A stretch of DNA of 64,000 nucleotides from Eledone cirrhosa (Eukaryota): NCBI GenBank assembly GCA_964016885.1, contig OZ024751.1, forward strand, positions 9,796,001 through 9,860,000, given 5' to 3'. The position numbers were made by a program, and so were the translations under genes. The notes below the pieces were generated by a model. The model saw only the letters and a program-made list of their open reading frames with translations. It searched no databases and was not told the DNA's origin. Below, one piece after another: positions 17,314 to 33,000 of this stretch; positions within the stretch are counted from its first letter, which is position 1; each line of letters starts with the position of its first letter.

Positions 17314-17575
17314 GTAATTTCGTGGAAAAGGTAAAGGAAAGAAGAATGCTCTATGTATAGTACAGAGCTATTTAATTATGTAATAAACAACACAATATAA
17401 TTATTCCATTACCCAAGGTTTCACGAAGTCGTTCTGAAATCGTTCATCAGGTAGAAATCTTTATATAAATAAGATTTCTATCTGATGAACCACTTCAGAG
17501 GCCTCTGTTAGAATCGTCTGACTTCGTGAAACCTTGGGTAATGGAATAATTATATTGTGTTGTTTATTACACAAT
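17314..17575. mobile_element. Solo pLTR fold-back with two outward-facing HHRs (minus 17404-17456, plus 17476-17546)
   Basis: TTCTAT-CTGATGA-AC..GT-GAAA-CC TTG GG-TA-ATGGAA on both strands; family also at 21120, 40270, 46680. Confidence 0.8.
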
Positions 17576-17587
17576 CATATATATATT

Positions 17588-17666
<79 letters not shown>

Positions 17667-17792
17667 AGAGAAAGAGAGCGAGAGAAAGAGAGAGAGAGAG
17701 GGGGAGAGAGACAAATAGATAGCTAGAAAGATATGTGTGTTTGTTTGTGTGTGTATGTATGTGAGTGTGTGTCCATTTAGATATATTCATGC

Positions 17793-17872
<80 letters not shown>

Positions 17873-17874
17873 GA

Positions 17875-18082
17875 TGTGAGAAAAACCAGAGCTTCTATCT
17901 CAACTCTACTTTTGAAAAGCAGAACAACTGCGAAACCGGTAAAGGAACCAAATAAATATATATATTTTTTTTTTTAAATAAGACTCCAGTTGCATTTTCG
18001 ATTTCATCTTTTTTTCTTTATACTTTCACTCGTGTAGGACACCTCAGTTATTTTTCATTTTGTAAAAAAACCTCACTTTCTA
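17875..18082 (+). mobile_element. Solo pLTR end of the 12456-17180 PLE family
   Basis: Homologous to 17042-17180 and to the reverse complement of 12456-12660; flanked by (TA)n. Confidence 0.82.
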
Positions 18083-18774
18083 ATAATATATATATATATG
18101 CGTGTTCTGTGTGTATGTATGTGTCTGTGTATGTATATGCATTTATATGAGCGTACATGTGTGTGTGTAATGTTGTTTTACACACGATTACTTGAGACGA
18201 CCTATTGTGATTCTGCAAACATTTCCATAATAAATTTGTTATGCAGGTCAAAATTCAAAGGCCGTGTCTTAAGAAAAAACATTAACACATAACCTTAGAA
18301 AATGTTATTCGTTTCTGAACAATTTCACGTGGTATTTCATATAAACATTTTATATGATCATGCCAGTCTTGTTTTCCTCAACAACACAAAGAAAGTCACA
18401 GCTACTTCATGAAAATAAAAACAATCTTTTAGAACCTAGACATATACAAGAAGCAATTAGAACGAGCAACGTGAGGACGAATGTTAGTTATTTAATAGTA
18501 CTAAGGATCTTTCTTTGTGATGTAACATCCTCAACAGAGGAACGACTGCATGAACAAGACGCTAAGCATGAAAAAGAAGCAATTAGAATGAGCAAAGTGA
18601 GGACGAATCCTTAACATAGGAACGACTGCAAAATAATAACTACATTTTGTTTTCAGAGCCAGGAAAAAACTCCGGTCCTTGATATTCTTTAACACAGTGA
18701 GATATGGTGACCCAAAAGTTACTAGAACATTAGAAGTGTATTTATTATTTATAAAAGAATATGATGACAGTTAA

Positions 18775-18980
18775 TTGGCAGTATCGCTAGAGCGTCGGGA
18801 AACCTCCTTTGCAGCACAGAGTTACGGCCTTTTACGTTCATATTTCGAATCTCGCCAAGATTAGTGTTTGCCTTTCATCCTTATGTGGTCAATAAAATAA
18901 AGTACCAGTAACACACTCGGGGCGATGTAATCAATTTCCACCAACAATTGTTCCACTTGTGCCTAAATCAGAAACAAGTG
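18775..18980 (+). mobile_element. Diverged tRNA-derived SINE
   Basis: TTGGCAGTATCG..TTTGCCTTTCATCCTTATGTGGTCAATAAAATAAAGTACCAG..CTTGTGCC. Confidence 0.75.
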
Positions 18981-19174
18981 TTTATAAAAGATTAAACTTT
19001 TATTTAATAAATAGAACGTTTATACAATATCATGAAGGGCTATTAGCATTATTTTAAAATAATTGAGCAGTATCTAATAAAAATAAAACATAATACTATG
19101 AAGAAGAAAAAAGGAAATGAAAAGGAAAAAAAGAAAGAAAGATCAAGCGGAAAAAGAACGGGAGGGGTGAGAGA

Positions 19175-19389
19175 CAGTCAGTACACCCTAGTCTGAGTGG
19201 TGCCGCAAAAGCGTTACTGAACAGTCACTCCACCTCACAGGGTTCCCTCCTCAAGCGGACACCGTTTTTTCGACTTTCCGGATGAAATCAGCTATGCGGG
19301 GACCAAGGACGCCAGAAGTCTCGATGGAGACCGATGCAAAAAGGAAGCAGTCAATCAGGCTCTGGTATTTGACTATCATCCTCTCCTTT

Positions 19390-19410
<21 letters not shown>
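19175..19410 (-). pseudogene. Fragment of a CRE-like non-LTR restriction-like endonuclease C-terminus
   Basis: Reverse complement translates as KERMIVKYQSLIDCFLFASVSIETSGVLGPRIADFIRK, resembling the KY..L..F.P..ET.G..G..A..F motif. Confidence 0.55.
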
Positions 19411-20872
<1,462 letters not shown>

Positions 20873-21119
20873 TATATATATACATATATGTTTGTGCGTG
20901 TGTGTGTGTATTTATATATATAAATATGTGTATATGTGTGTGTATGTGTACGTATATAGACGCGTGTGTCTATGTATATGTATATGTACGTGTGTATGTA
21001 TGTATATGTGTATGTAAATATATGTGTGTACAGGTACGTATGTTTATGTGTATGCATAGGTAGATGCTTATATATGTATGTCTATATTTATATATATGTA
21101 CATATATATTTATCATTTT

Positions 21120-21386
21120 CCCACATTTCATTACGTCTGTTATTTTAATTTAAATCAGCCTCGCTTTCAATTCTTTTAGGCTTTGTTTTTGAAATCCATA
21201 TCTCACTTCCTCTTCAAATAAAATTTCATTCTGGTGAACGATTTCAGACGTCTGTGTCGAGCTCTTCTGTCTTCATGAAACCTTTGGTAAATGGAATAAT
21301 TATCTTATACTCTTTATTACATAACTAAATAGCTCTGTAGCCTACATAAAGCACTCTCCTTCCTTTATCTTTCCTACGGAAACACT
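21120..21386 (+). mobile_element. Solo pLTR (17314 family) with decayed HHR (core CTGGTGA)
   Basis: TTTCATT-CTGGTGA..GAAA-CCTTTGG-TA-AATGGAA. Confidence 0.72.
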
Positions 21387-21541
21387 TTAAATGTGTATAT
21401 ATATATATATAAATATATAGTGTGGGTTAAACAACGAGATACTTGAGCCAATCTTCAGCGCGTAGCAGGTTGATAGGCAATAAATATTGTTCATATGAAA
21501 ACGAAACTTCCTCGTGTTTTCTAGTATATATATATATATAT

Positions 21542-21660
<119 letters not shown>

Positions 21661-21711
21661 GAGAGAGAGAGGGAGAGAGAGAGAGATAAATAGATAGATA
21701 GATACATATAC

Positions 21712-21762
<51 letters not shown>

Positions 21763-22249
21763 CATAAATATATACATACATATATACATATGCGTATATA
21801 TATATACACACATATATATACGCATTTATATGTGTATATATATAAATATATATATATGTATATACATATATATGTGTATACATATATATACATTTTGTGT
21901 TTTATGTAGATAAATAAATAGGTAGGTCAAGTTTTAGGTGGTTGTTTATAATATGAGTTACAGGGGACGTTGATTTTGTATTTTATGTAAATAAATAGGT
22001 AGTTAAAATTATGAATTTATATATTTGAATATCTTGTTAATCATAACAAAATCAACATCCCTCGTAACTCATATTATAAACAACTAATAATTGCAAATTA
22101 TCTCTTTAATAATAATACATATGCTATTATTAAAATATATATAGATATTTATATATTTAACCCACTACAATATTATAAGATAAATACTTACAAACATAAT
22201 TCTCCATATAAATATATACATAATATAGGTAAATATTCAATTTTTTTCC

Positions 22250-22560
22250 CCAAAATTAACGTATATAAAGATCGCTGGAATAGCCATAATCATTCTTTCA
22301 GAAGATCTGATAAAAAATCTTCCACTTCTCTTTCACATCTCATATGGAACTTAAAAAGTAAGAATATAGACTATTCAATATCTTGGAAAATGATTTCTTA
22401 AGCACCTGCGTACTGATTTATGACTTGATCAATATTCTGTAAATTGTGTATCGAAGAAATTTTTTATATAATTAACTGTCAAAACTCTATTAATCTCAGG
22501 ACAGAATTATTTTCTTCTTGCAGACATCACCAAAATTCTACATTGAGAACTATGTCTAAT
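22250..22560 (+). pseudogene. PLE GIY-YIG C-terminal remnant
   Basis: YKDRWNSHNHSFR..STSLSHLIWNLK..YSISWK..CKLCIEE..LFSSCRH, with stops. Confidence 0.75.
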
Positions 22561-23178
22561 TTATAATATTCCTATACATCTTCAAAATGATCCTATCTTC
22601 TTTAAAAATTTAAATTTTTTATATTTTAATATATTAATATTTCTAAATGGTAATATCTCTAATATGTGTAGTACTTTCACCTTTCAGCAAACACTTCTTT
22701 TAATATATATATATATTTATTTATATATATATATGTGTATAGACATTTATATATATTTATGTATATCTATATAATTTTAAATTTAATTTTTTAATTCTTT
22801 AATTCTTACATTATATTTTTCCATTGACACCCTCTAAAGCTATTTTTAAACGTAGATTAATAACCATTAACTGACATTAGAAAAATGTATCCTATTCAAG
22901 ACCTTTTTTTAAACATTCACACTTCTTTCGTCTAAATAATTAATTAATCTCATACAAACTCTTAAAAAATGTATCGATTAACAAACAAAATTAGAGTTAT
23001 CTTTCCTTTCTCAATCATATAAACTTATTACATTATTATATACGTAACTCCGTTAAATTAAAACATTCTCAAAGCCGAACAAGATATTCAAATATATAAA
23101 TTCACAATTTATCATTGTCAGCGATTAAAGATTTTTAATGTATTAAAGGCTTCTTTGTTGATTTATATAATATATATA

Positions 23179-23254
<76 letters not shown>

Positions 23255-23448
23255 TTAGGTTTGAAGTTTCACCACTGGATAGAGCTGGTCATTCCTTATG
23301 GTCAGTCTTGATGTAATAATATGGAGAATACTCAACGTCAAGCAGCTCAACCGTCTTCGTTTGTGTAGTTGGTGGTGCGAGTACGGAGTTAAATATTATA
23401 ATAAAATAACAGGAGGCTGGACTTGTGTAAATCCTTGAAAGGTTTATT

Positions 23449-23506
23449 ATACTATGATCATTTCAATGACCGGGTTCCGTATGAATCTGGTGATATCATC
23501 AGGTAT
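23449..23506 (-). ncRNA. Type I HHR in a solo pLTR (about 23255-23610)
   Basis: ATAC-CTGATGA-stem II-GAAA-TGATCA-TA-GTAT. Confidence 0.72.
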
Positions 23507-24109
23507 TCGAAATATAATAAATGAATGTAACAGATAAAATCCATGGGGCTGAAAATCATAGACCCGAGGACGATCGACCATCTAGCATCCTCCACTTTAG
23601 CCGGTCGCCCATTATATATATATATATATATATATACATACATATATCTACATATGTATGTACTCTATATTTCTCACTCTATCTCTCACTCCTCAGTATA
23701 CAGTTAAATGCTAAAGTCAATATCGTTTCATTTTATTTTATTTTATTCTATTTTATTTTTATTTTAACAAAAAACTATATTTAACCCCACTCCCATAAAA
23801 TATTGCATTCTTACAATCGAAAAGTACTCTTGTATCAAATATATTTGTCTTAAAGAAATATTTTCTCGTTAGAAAAAGAAAATGTATTATAATGAAAGAA
23901 TGAAAACAAAAAAGAGAAAGTAAGGTGCTAAAAGAATATTTAGCTTGTAGATCCTCATATTGTCAGAGTTCAATTTCTATAATATTGACTCTGAAATGAA
24001 GAGAAAATTCCCTCGAGGAATATTTCCAGTCAGAAAGTAATCTTTGACTTCGCTTTTGTCTGTTTGTTTGGGGAGTTTGGTTTGACATATTGTAACATTA
24101 GTGCCATTG

Positions 24110-24510
<401 letters not shown>

Positions 24511-24653
24511 CCACGTATATGGAACTTTGGAGCAATTCCGTTTATTCGGCTTGTATTTCAAATTGCACACACAGAGACAGACATGCTCACACATACACTC
24601 ACACACTGACATATATGTGTGTGAACGCATATGTGTCTGCGCATGTGTGTCAA

Positions 24654-24694
<41 letters not shown>

Positions 24695-24760
24695 GCTCCT
24701 CTATGTTTGTATATTGTCAGTAAATGTGTATCTATGCGTGTCAAATTCGAGACGTTTCCG

Positions 24761-24831
<71 letters not shown>

Positions 24832-24869
24832 TATATATATATATATATATATATTAATATATATATATA

Positions 24870-24955
<86 letters not shown>

Positions 24956-25374
24956 TATATACGTATATAATGTATATGTACATATATATATATATAATAT
25001 ACATATATATATATTATATATATATATAATATGCATATATATATATATATATATATATACATAGACATATATATAAATATAGATATATACATATGTATAT
25101 ATATAAGTTTATATACATTGTATGTGAGTGTGTGTATGAGAGTGTATGTATGTGTATACGTGTGGAGACGTATACACATGGGAGAATATGTGAGGTAAGA
25201 GACATTCGCTAGAAAGAATATGTTAAGAAAACGATATTAAAAAGGGAAACCAAATAGAAAGTTGCAGTGTTTATTCAATTTGGTATTGTGGTAAGACTGT
25301 AAACATATTTGGTTGTGACTGAATACATGAGAGGATCAACGTGGAGAGATAGAGTGTGTGAGTGAGCGTGGGAG

Positions 25375-25870
25375 GTAGATTAGGGTGATAGAGTAAGAGA
25401 GGATAGAGAGAGGGAGTGAGAGAGAGCAGGCGCGAGAATAGATTAAGGTGATAGAGTAAGAGAGGAGAGAGAGGGAGTTAGAGAGAGCAGGCAGGAGAAT
25501 AGATTAAGGTGATAGAGTAAGAGAGGAGAGAGAGGAAGTGAGAGAGAGCAGGCGGGAGAATAGATTAAGGTGATAGAGTAAGAGAGGAGAGAGAGGGAGT
25601 GAGAGAGAGCAGGCGGGAGAATAGATTAAGGTGATAGAGTAAGAGAGGAGAGAGAGGGAGTGAGAGAGAGCAGGCGGGAGAATAGATTAAGGTGATAGAG
25701 TAAGGGAGGAGAGAGAGGGAGTGAGAGAGAGCAGGCGGGAGAATAGATTAAGGTGATAGAGTAAGAGAGGAGAGAGAGGGAGTGAGAGAGAGCAGGCGGG
25801 AGAGTAGATTAAGGTGATAGAGTAAGAGAGGAGAGACAGGGAGTGAGAGAGAGAGCAAGGAGAGAGAGAT
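25375..25870. repeat. ~60-bp purine-rich minisatellite, about 8 units, decaying rightwards to ~26250
   Basis: Unit GAGAATAGATTAAGGTGATAGAGTAAGAGAGGAGAGAGAGGGAGTGAGAGAGAGCAGGCGG. Confidence 0.92.
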
Positions 25871-26459
25871 TAAGGTGATACTATAAGAGAGGAGAGAGAG
25901 AGTGATGGAGAGAGTGAGGAGGAAGAGTGATTAAGGTGATATAATTAGAGAGCTAGTGAGAGAAAGAGAGGGAGAGAGCGGGGAGAAAAAGAGAGAGACA
26001 GAGTGAGGGAGAGAGAGGGGAGAGAGATTTAGCTGATAGGCGTGAGAGAGGGAATAAGAGAGAGAGCGAGGTGGGAAATAGATTAAGTTGATAGTGTGAG
26101 AGATAGAATGAGAGAGAGAGAGAGAGCAAGGAGGAAGATAGTTTAAGTGAGAGATAGAGTGAGAGAAAGAGAAGGATCAGCGATAGAGAGCGATAGAGAG
26201 AGATAGAGAGTGATAGAGTGAGAGAGAGATTAAGGTGATGGGGTAAGAGACTGAGAGGGATCAGCGAAAATAGGCAAAAAAATAAAAGGAGAAATATGGC
26301 GGAGGGAGTAAAAAAATGAAAGAAAAAAATTTAAATAAAGAGAGAGAGAGAGTGTGTGTGTGTGTGTGTGTTACTGCCATTTTTCTTGTCGCTGTCTTTT
26401 TTGCCTTTTTGTGTGCGAATGAATGCATGAGGAATCAGCGCAGAGACAGACTGGGGGAG

Positions 26460-26760
26460 AGAGGTAGGAGAGAAAGATTGAGTAAGTAGAGAGAGATAGT
26501 AGAGAGAGACAGAGGGATATAGATGGGGAAAGGGTAGGAGTGAAAGATGGAGTAAGGAGAGAGAGTAAAGAGAGACAGAGAGATATATAAGGGAAAAGGG
26601 TGGGAGAGAAAGATAGAGTAAGGAGAGAGAGTAAAGAGAGACAGAGAGATATATAAGGGGAAAGGGTAGGAGAGAAAGATGGAGTAAGGAGAGAGAGAGT
26701 ACAGAGAGCCAGGGGGAATATAGCGAGGGAAGAGGAGGGGAGAAAGAGAAAGTAAGGAGC
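26460..26760. repeat. ~65-bp purine-rich tandem repeat, about 4 units
   Basis: Recurrent GGGTAGGAGAGAAAGATGGAGTAAGGAGAGAGAGTAAAGAGAGACAGAGAGATATATAAGGG. Confidence 0.8.
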
Positions 26761-27282
26761 GATAGTAAAACGATGAGACACAAAAACAGCTAGAGAGAGA
26801 GTAAGAAGGCAGGGATAGTAGAGCGGAGTAGAGAGAGAGTAAGAAGGGAGAGATAGTAGAGAGGAATAGAGAAAGAGTAAGACGGAGAAATAGAAGAGAA
26901 AGATAGATAGAGAGAGATGGGGAAGAGAGAGAGGGATAAAGAGAGAAAGAGGGAAAGAGAGACAGAGAGAGAGAGAATTAGAAATATAGAAAAAGAGAGA
27001 GACATAGAGTATTACTTTTTTACTGAATTTGTTATTTTTTATTTCCTTATTTCGTTTCGTTTTTCTCTCCTATTTTTGTATTATTTTTCATCCTAAAATA
27101 TTCATCGTCAGAATTGTTTGTTGAAATAGGCCGTTATTCTTACACAATAACGGACCCATAACTTCTCCCATTGTATTCCACAAGTCATATGAATGTTTGC
27201 TTTGTCATTTTGTTTGTTTGTTAATGTTGGTTTTTCTTCTTTGTGTTGTTGGTATTTTTGGAGAAAGGGGGTGTTAATCGAT

Positions 27283-27359
<77 letters not shown>

Positions 27360-27644
27360 GTGTACACATACATGTATTACACAAGCATACGTATATGTTT
27401 AGTGTGTCGTAAAGTTTGATATATGAGAACATTTGAAATAATACATACTGTCCAAATGTTCTTGTTATTAATATCTTAGAAATAAAATATATATACTAAT
27501 GAAACAAAATGGCCGAGGACCTGACCAAATAGGTGATGTCATGTGGCATTTAGTTATATAAATTTACGTATGAAGTTCAAATCGAAGTAGAGTCAAGTTT
27601 TGTAGCCATTCTTCTCGGGATTTTGTTATTTTAAATGTTAGTAG

Positions 27645-28050
27645 TTGGTCAGCCCTGATTAAGAAGTACCTCTATTATGTACCAGGTCAATCTTGATTGA
27701 GAAGAGCTCTCTATTATAACACCAGGTCAGCCTTGATTGAGAAGAGCTCTCTATTATAACACCAGGTCATCCTTTATTGAGAAGAGCTCTCTATTATAAC
27801 ACCAGATCAGTCTTGATTGAGAAGAGCCTTCCATTATAACATCAGGCCGGTCTTAATTGAGAAGAGCTCTCTATTATAGCACCAGGTTAGACTTGTTGAG
27901 AAGAACCCTTATTATTGTACCAGGTCAACCTAAGAACCTCCATTATAGCAGGAGATCAGCCTATAAACCTCTCTTATAACACCTGGTCAGCCTTGATTGA
28001 GATCAACCCCTATTACAGTTCCAGATTAGCTTTGATCGGAAAGAGACCCT
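27645..28050. repeat. 40-bp minisatellite, about 10 units
   Basis: Unit ACCAGGTCAGCCTTGATTGAGAAGAGCTCTCTATTATAAC (in phase at 27721, 27761, 27801, 27841). Confidence 0.92.
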
Positions 28051-28248
28051 AGCAAAGGTTTACCAATCTTGACCATTGTAGTTTTATTTTTGTAAGGTTT
28101 TTTTCTTTCATATTTATAAGCCCGTTTCACACTGTAACCATTCCTTTGTTTAAGGTAAGGAGCTATGATTTGGGGGAATTTAGTTGCTATGTATAGAGGA
28201 TCAGGTTTTGCAATAATAGTGATGTTATTTCAAGCAGTAAAACGTAGT

Positions 28249-29120
28249 CCTACCTAGCAAGGTCGCCTACCTAGCTAGATGGCCTACCTAGAAAGATGGC
28301 CTACCTAGAAGATGGCCTACCTAGAAAGATGACCCTACCTAGAAGATGGCCTACCTAACAAGTTGACCTCCGTAGCAAGGTGGCCTACCTAGCTAGATGA
28401 CCTACCTAGTAAGGTGGCCTACCTAGTAAGGAGACCTACCTCGTAAGGTGAACTACCTAGCAAGATGACCTACCTAGGAAGGTGACCTACCTAGCAAGTT
28501 GGCTTACCTAGCAAGGTAGCCTACCTAGTAAAGTGACCTACCTAGCAAGTTGGCCTACCTAAAAATATGACCTACCTAGTAAGGTGGCCTACCTAGGAAA
28601 GTGACCTACCTAGCAAGCTGGTCTACCTATCTAGATGACCTACCTAGTAAGGTGGCCTACCTAGCAAGGTGGCCTAGCTAGTAAGGTAACCTACCTAGCA
28701 AGATGGCCTACCTAGCAAGATGACATACCTAACAAGATTACCTACCTAGCAAGATGACCTACCTAGCATGATGACTTATCTAGTACGGTGGCCTACCTAG
28801 CTAGATGACCTACCTAGCAAGATGACCTACCTAGTAAGGTGACCTACCTAGTAAGGTGGCCTACCTAGCAGGGTGGCCTACCTAGTAAGGTAGCCTACCT
28901 AGTAAGGTGGCCTACCTAGTAAGGTGGCCTACCTAGCTAGATGACCTACCTAGTAAGTTGGTTGGCCTACCTAGTAAGGTGGCCTAACTAGGAAGGTGAC
29001 CTACCTAGTAAGGTGACCTACCTGGCAAGATGACCTACCTGGAAAGGTGGCCTACCTAGGAAGGTGACCTACCTAGTAAGGTGGCCTACCTAGTAAGGTG
29101 ACCTACCTAGAAAGATGGCC
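28249..29120. repeat. 17-bp minisatellite, about 50 units
   Basis: Unit AAGGTGGCCTACCTAGT with variants. Confidence 0.95.
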
Positions 29121-29171
29121 GGACTATTTTTTACTTTAACAAAAATAATCTAGAAAGGAAAACAATGTTAA

Positions 29172-29238
29172 TGCTAGGATTCGGGATTCAAACCACCGAA
29201 CTTTAATTGATAATCTACTACCTTATCCTCTCAACTAT
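29172..29238 (-). other. Decayed tRNA-like or SINE head
   Basis: Reverse complement reads TAGTTGAGAGG (A-box-like) .. GGTTTGAATCCC (B-box-like). Confidence 0.4.
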
Positions 29239-30051
29239 TTGTTCCCTCTATCTGTTATGTCATTGCTCTTCAATTAATGCTTCACACACTGAATGTAGAT
29301 GTCATACAGCAGCTAGACTTAAGTGTTTTGACAACGAATAGAGAAGAAACTGAAAATCTTGTCCAATTGATCTGACACCTTTTGTTCGCATGTTCAGCTG
29401 TGAATTGACATTAAAACATGATGGTCTTTAAGCAACGTTAAGTGTTGAAAAATAGTTGTCATCCATGTAAGAGATTTGTATTGGTTCATCAGAATTCCAG
29501 CTCTTATAATAAACAATCAAATGAAAATTAAAGAAAAGTTTAACTTAAGGTTACCACAGAATAACTGACACATACTTCACAGACAGATCGATAAAGAGAC
29601 AGAAAATAGATAGATACAGGGGTTCTATAGAATTTTGTTTTCCATCATTTATTCACTATTGGAGACGTCTATTAGTAACGTTGAACAAGTTTCTTACATT
29701 CCACCTGGGACATGCCATTATGTCGCCAAATGTGTATGTTTATATAATTGAATGAATTCAATGCATTCGAACATTAGAGTCGTTTCTTTATTCCTTTTAT
29801 ATTATAGTCTTAAATCAAATTATTATTTCAGTTATACGACACTGTTATCACTCAATTACATTCCAACACTATTGTATTATCATCATCATCATTATTATTA
29901 TTATTATTATTATTATCATCATCATCATCATTATTATTATTATTATAATTATTATTATTATCATCATCATCATCATCATCATCATCAATAAAGAAAGCAT
30001 TATCATCATCATCATCATCATCATTATTATTTTTATTATTATTATTATTAT

Positions 30052-33000
30052 TTGCATTTATCTTGCTTTATGTTTATACGAGTTATCACCAAGTCACAAC
30101 CAGTGACCTCAAGAGACAACAAGGTCCGCCATGTTCAAGAAAGAACACACATATTCACACATGCATCCTTAGTGTTTAGACTTGTGATGTACTATATTGA
30201 CAGGATCTTCCTTAGTATATGGGCAGCTCCCATTAGTACTATCTTTTGTATTTCTCCTATACGCGGGTTTCCTGGGATTTGCGATAAGTAGTCGTTAGAC
30301 CCCTTAGGTATCATTCCCAGAGCGCCTACAACCACTGGTATTGTTTTAGTTCTCAATTTCCACATTTTTCCAATTTCTATCTCCAGGTCCTTATACTTGC
30401 TCAATTTTTAAAATGTTTTTATAGGTACATTCTTGTCTATTGGAACAGACATATCAATTAGCAGGCATACCCTCCTTTGAAAGTCCTTCAATATTATATC
30501 AGGTCTATTTGCATCTATTTTTCGGTCTGTTTGGATGCTAAAGTTCCACAAGATTGAGATGTGATCTTTTTCAAGTATGGGAGGTGGTTGATGCTCCCAC
30601 CAATTCTTTTGATGGGGCAGGTCAAAATGCTTACACATTATCCAATGTATGTATTGTGCAGCTCTGTCATGCCTGTTTAGGTATTCGGTTGGAGCTATAG
30701 GACTGCACATTGAAATTATATGGTCAATGGTCTCTGGTTGTTTTTTGCATACACGGCATAATGGGCTGCACCCATTTTTTATTATGTTGGCTTGGTAATT
30801 TTTTGTTGGCAGACACTGATCTTGTGCCGATATAATCAGTCCTTCAGTCTCCGATTTCAGTCCAGAGGATGCCAACCACTGAAGGGTTAAAGTTTGTCAA
30901 CATCAGGATTGTTAGCTCGCTCTGGGTATTTTCCATACAGAGGCTTTTCTTGCCATTTCTTAGCCAGTTTCTGTAGCAGTTCTTTCTTTGCAGTTACTTT
31001 TACCTGCTTTGCTTTTTCTGTGTTTTCCATTTCAGCAGTAAATGGGACTTCTGAAATTTGTAGTCCATTACTGTATCTTTGTGCATCTTTTGTAATGGAA
31101 TATGATCTTTTGGTGCTTTCGTGTTTCAAAACGAGTTTGATCATCCAATCATGTGATTCCCTTAGATATGTGGATAATCCAATTGTTGCAGTTTTCAACG
31201 CAATGTCTAACTGGATTAACCCACGTCCTCCTTCTTTCCTAGGGAGATATATTCTATCTATGTCTGCCTTAGGGTGATGCATTCTGTGCATGGTTAAGAA
31301 TTTTCGGATTTTTGTATCGAGCCTACGGATCTCTGTGCTTGACCAGTTGATGACATTGTAACTGTAGGTTACTACTGGTATGGCAAGCGTGTTTATGGCA
31401 TCGATCCTATTCCTTGCATTCAATTCCGTTCTTAAGATTGCTCTGACTCTGCGGTAACATTCCTTCCTTATCCTTTCCCTCATTGTCGAGTGCTTCATTC
31501 CGTCTCCGTCACAAACACCTAGATATTTGTAAGTTTGTTCTTGATCAAGCTCTCTTATCACGTTCCTCCGATCAAGATTAATGTCTGAACTCTTCAGCAG
31601 CTTTCCTCTGGTGAACGTTGCTTTGGCGCATTTATCCAGTCCAAACTCCATTTTAATGTCATCACTGAACTGCTTCACAGTGAATAATAGCCCTTGCAAT
31701 TGTTCATCATTTTTTGCAAATAGTTTCAGGTCATCCATGTAGAACAGGTGATTAATGGTTTTGTCATAGACTCTATATCCATGTTTTGTTTCATTGAGCA
31801 TTTTACTTAATGGTATAAGTGCGATGCAGAATAAAAGCGGTGATAAAGAGTCACCCTGAAAAATTCCACAATTAATGTTAACTTCTCCAGCTTCCAGTGA
31901 TTTTGTTTCACTATTCAAAAGGAGTGTCGTTCTCCATGTCCTCACACTGAATGACAAAAACCTCCTGATAACGGGGGATATTTTGAAAATCTCTAAACAT
32001 TTTTCAATCCAACTGTGTGGCAAACTATCAAATGCTTTTTTATAATCTATCCAAGCAATCGATAGATTTTTGTGTCTATTATGACAATCTTCCAGTATCA
32101 TTTTGTTAACCAGAAGCTGATCCTTACAGCCATATGAGCCTCGTTTACACCCTTTCTGCTCAATGGGAAATAGGTCATTTGTTATCAGGTGGTCATATGT
32201 GTATTCAGTTAGGACTGATGTTAAAATTTTATACATTGTGGTCAAGCAGGTTATCGGTCTGTAATTTTGGGGATTGTTTGTCTCATCATTCTTCGGTAGC
32301 AGGAATGTAATGCCGTTAACTAGCCATGATGGTATCTTTTCTGGCTCCTTAACTATTTCATTGTAAAGTTGGGCTAACAGCTCATGAGACTCTGTGAAGG
32401 CATTTATCCAAAAGTTTTGTATTTTGTCTTTTCCTGGGGATTTCCATTTGCTAGTTTTTCTTAGAGCCAAGCGCAGCTGTTCAACTGTTATATTTTCCCA
32501 TGTTTGTTCTTCAAGGTGAGCTGTTTCTTTCATTTGTCTGTCTATCCATGGGGCATGTATGTTATGAACTTTTTTCTTCGGCCCAGATCTTTTCCCAGAA
32601 TTCTTGCACTTCCTCCTTGGGTGGTATTGATTTTTCTGTAGAAGTTTCTTTGGTTGTTTTTGAACATATTATTGTCCTTATAGAATCTAGATCGTTTTTC
32701 AAAGCGCCTTATACGAGCAGCTTTGGCCGACACTTTTTGCTTGATTGTTTCTATCAGCATGTCTATGTCACATGTTGATCTTATACTGTACTTTTTTTTC
32801 AATTTTCTAAGTTTAGTTTGTTTAACATGTTCACCTACTTTATAGTTTGTTAAAATTTCTATGTCAGATCGGAGAAGGTTTATTTGGCGATTGATGTTAT
32901 CTTGCCAAGTAGATTTCTTGTGGGAATTCCTTTGTTTTTTCATCTTCACTCCACATAAGTGAGTGGTGACTTTAGCCGATGCATAATAGAGATGATTTAA

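Noticed and set aside
18354-18614. 86-aa ORF with an internal repeat (EAIRTSNVRTN / EAIRMSKVRTN)
   Set aside because: Short duplicated segment with no recognisable domain; possibly a transposon relic but unsupported
27645-29120. CRISPR-like appearance of the 40-bp and 17-bp arrays (also 37160-37835)
   Set aside because: No unique spacers, no cas genes, eukaryotic context; these are plain tandem repeats
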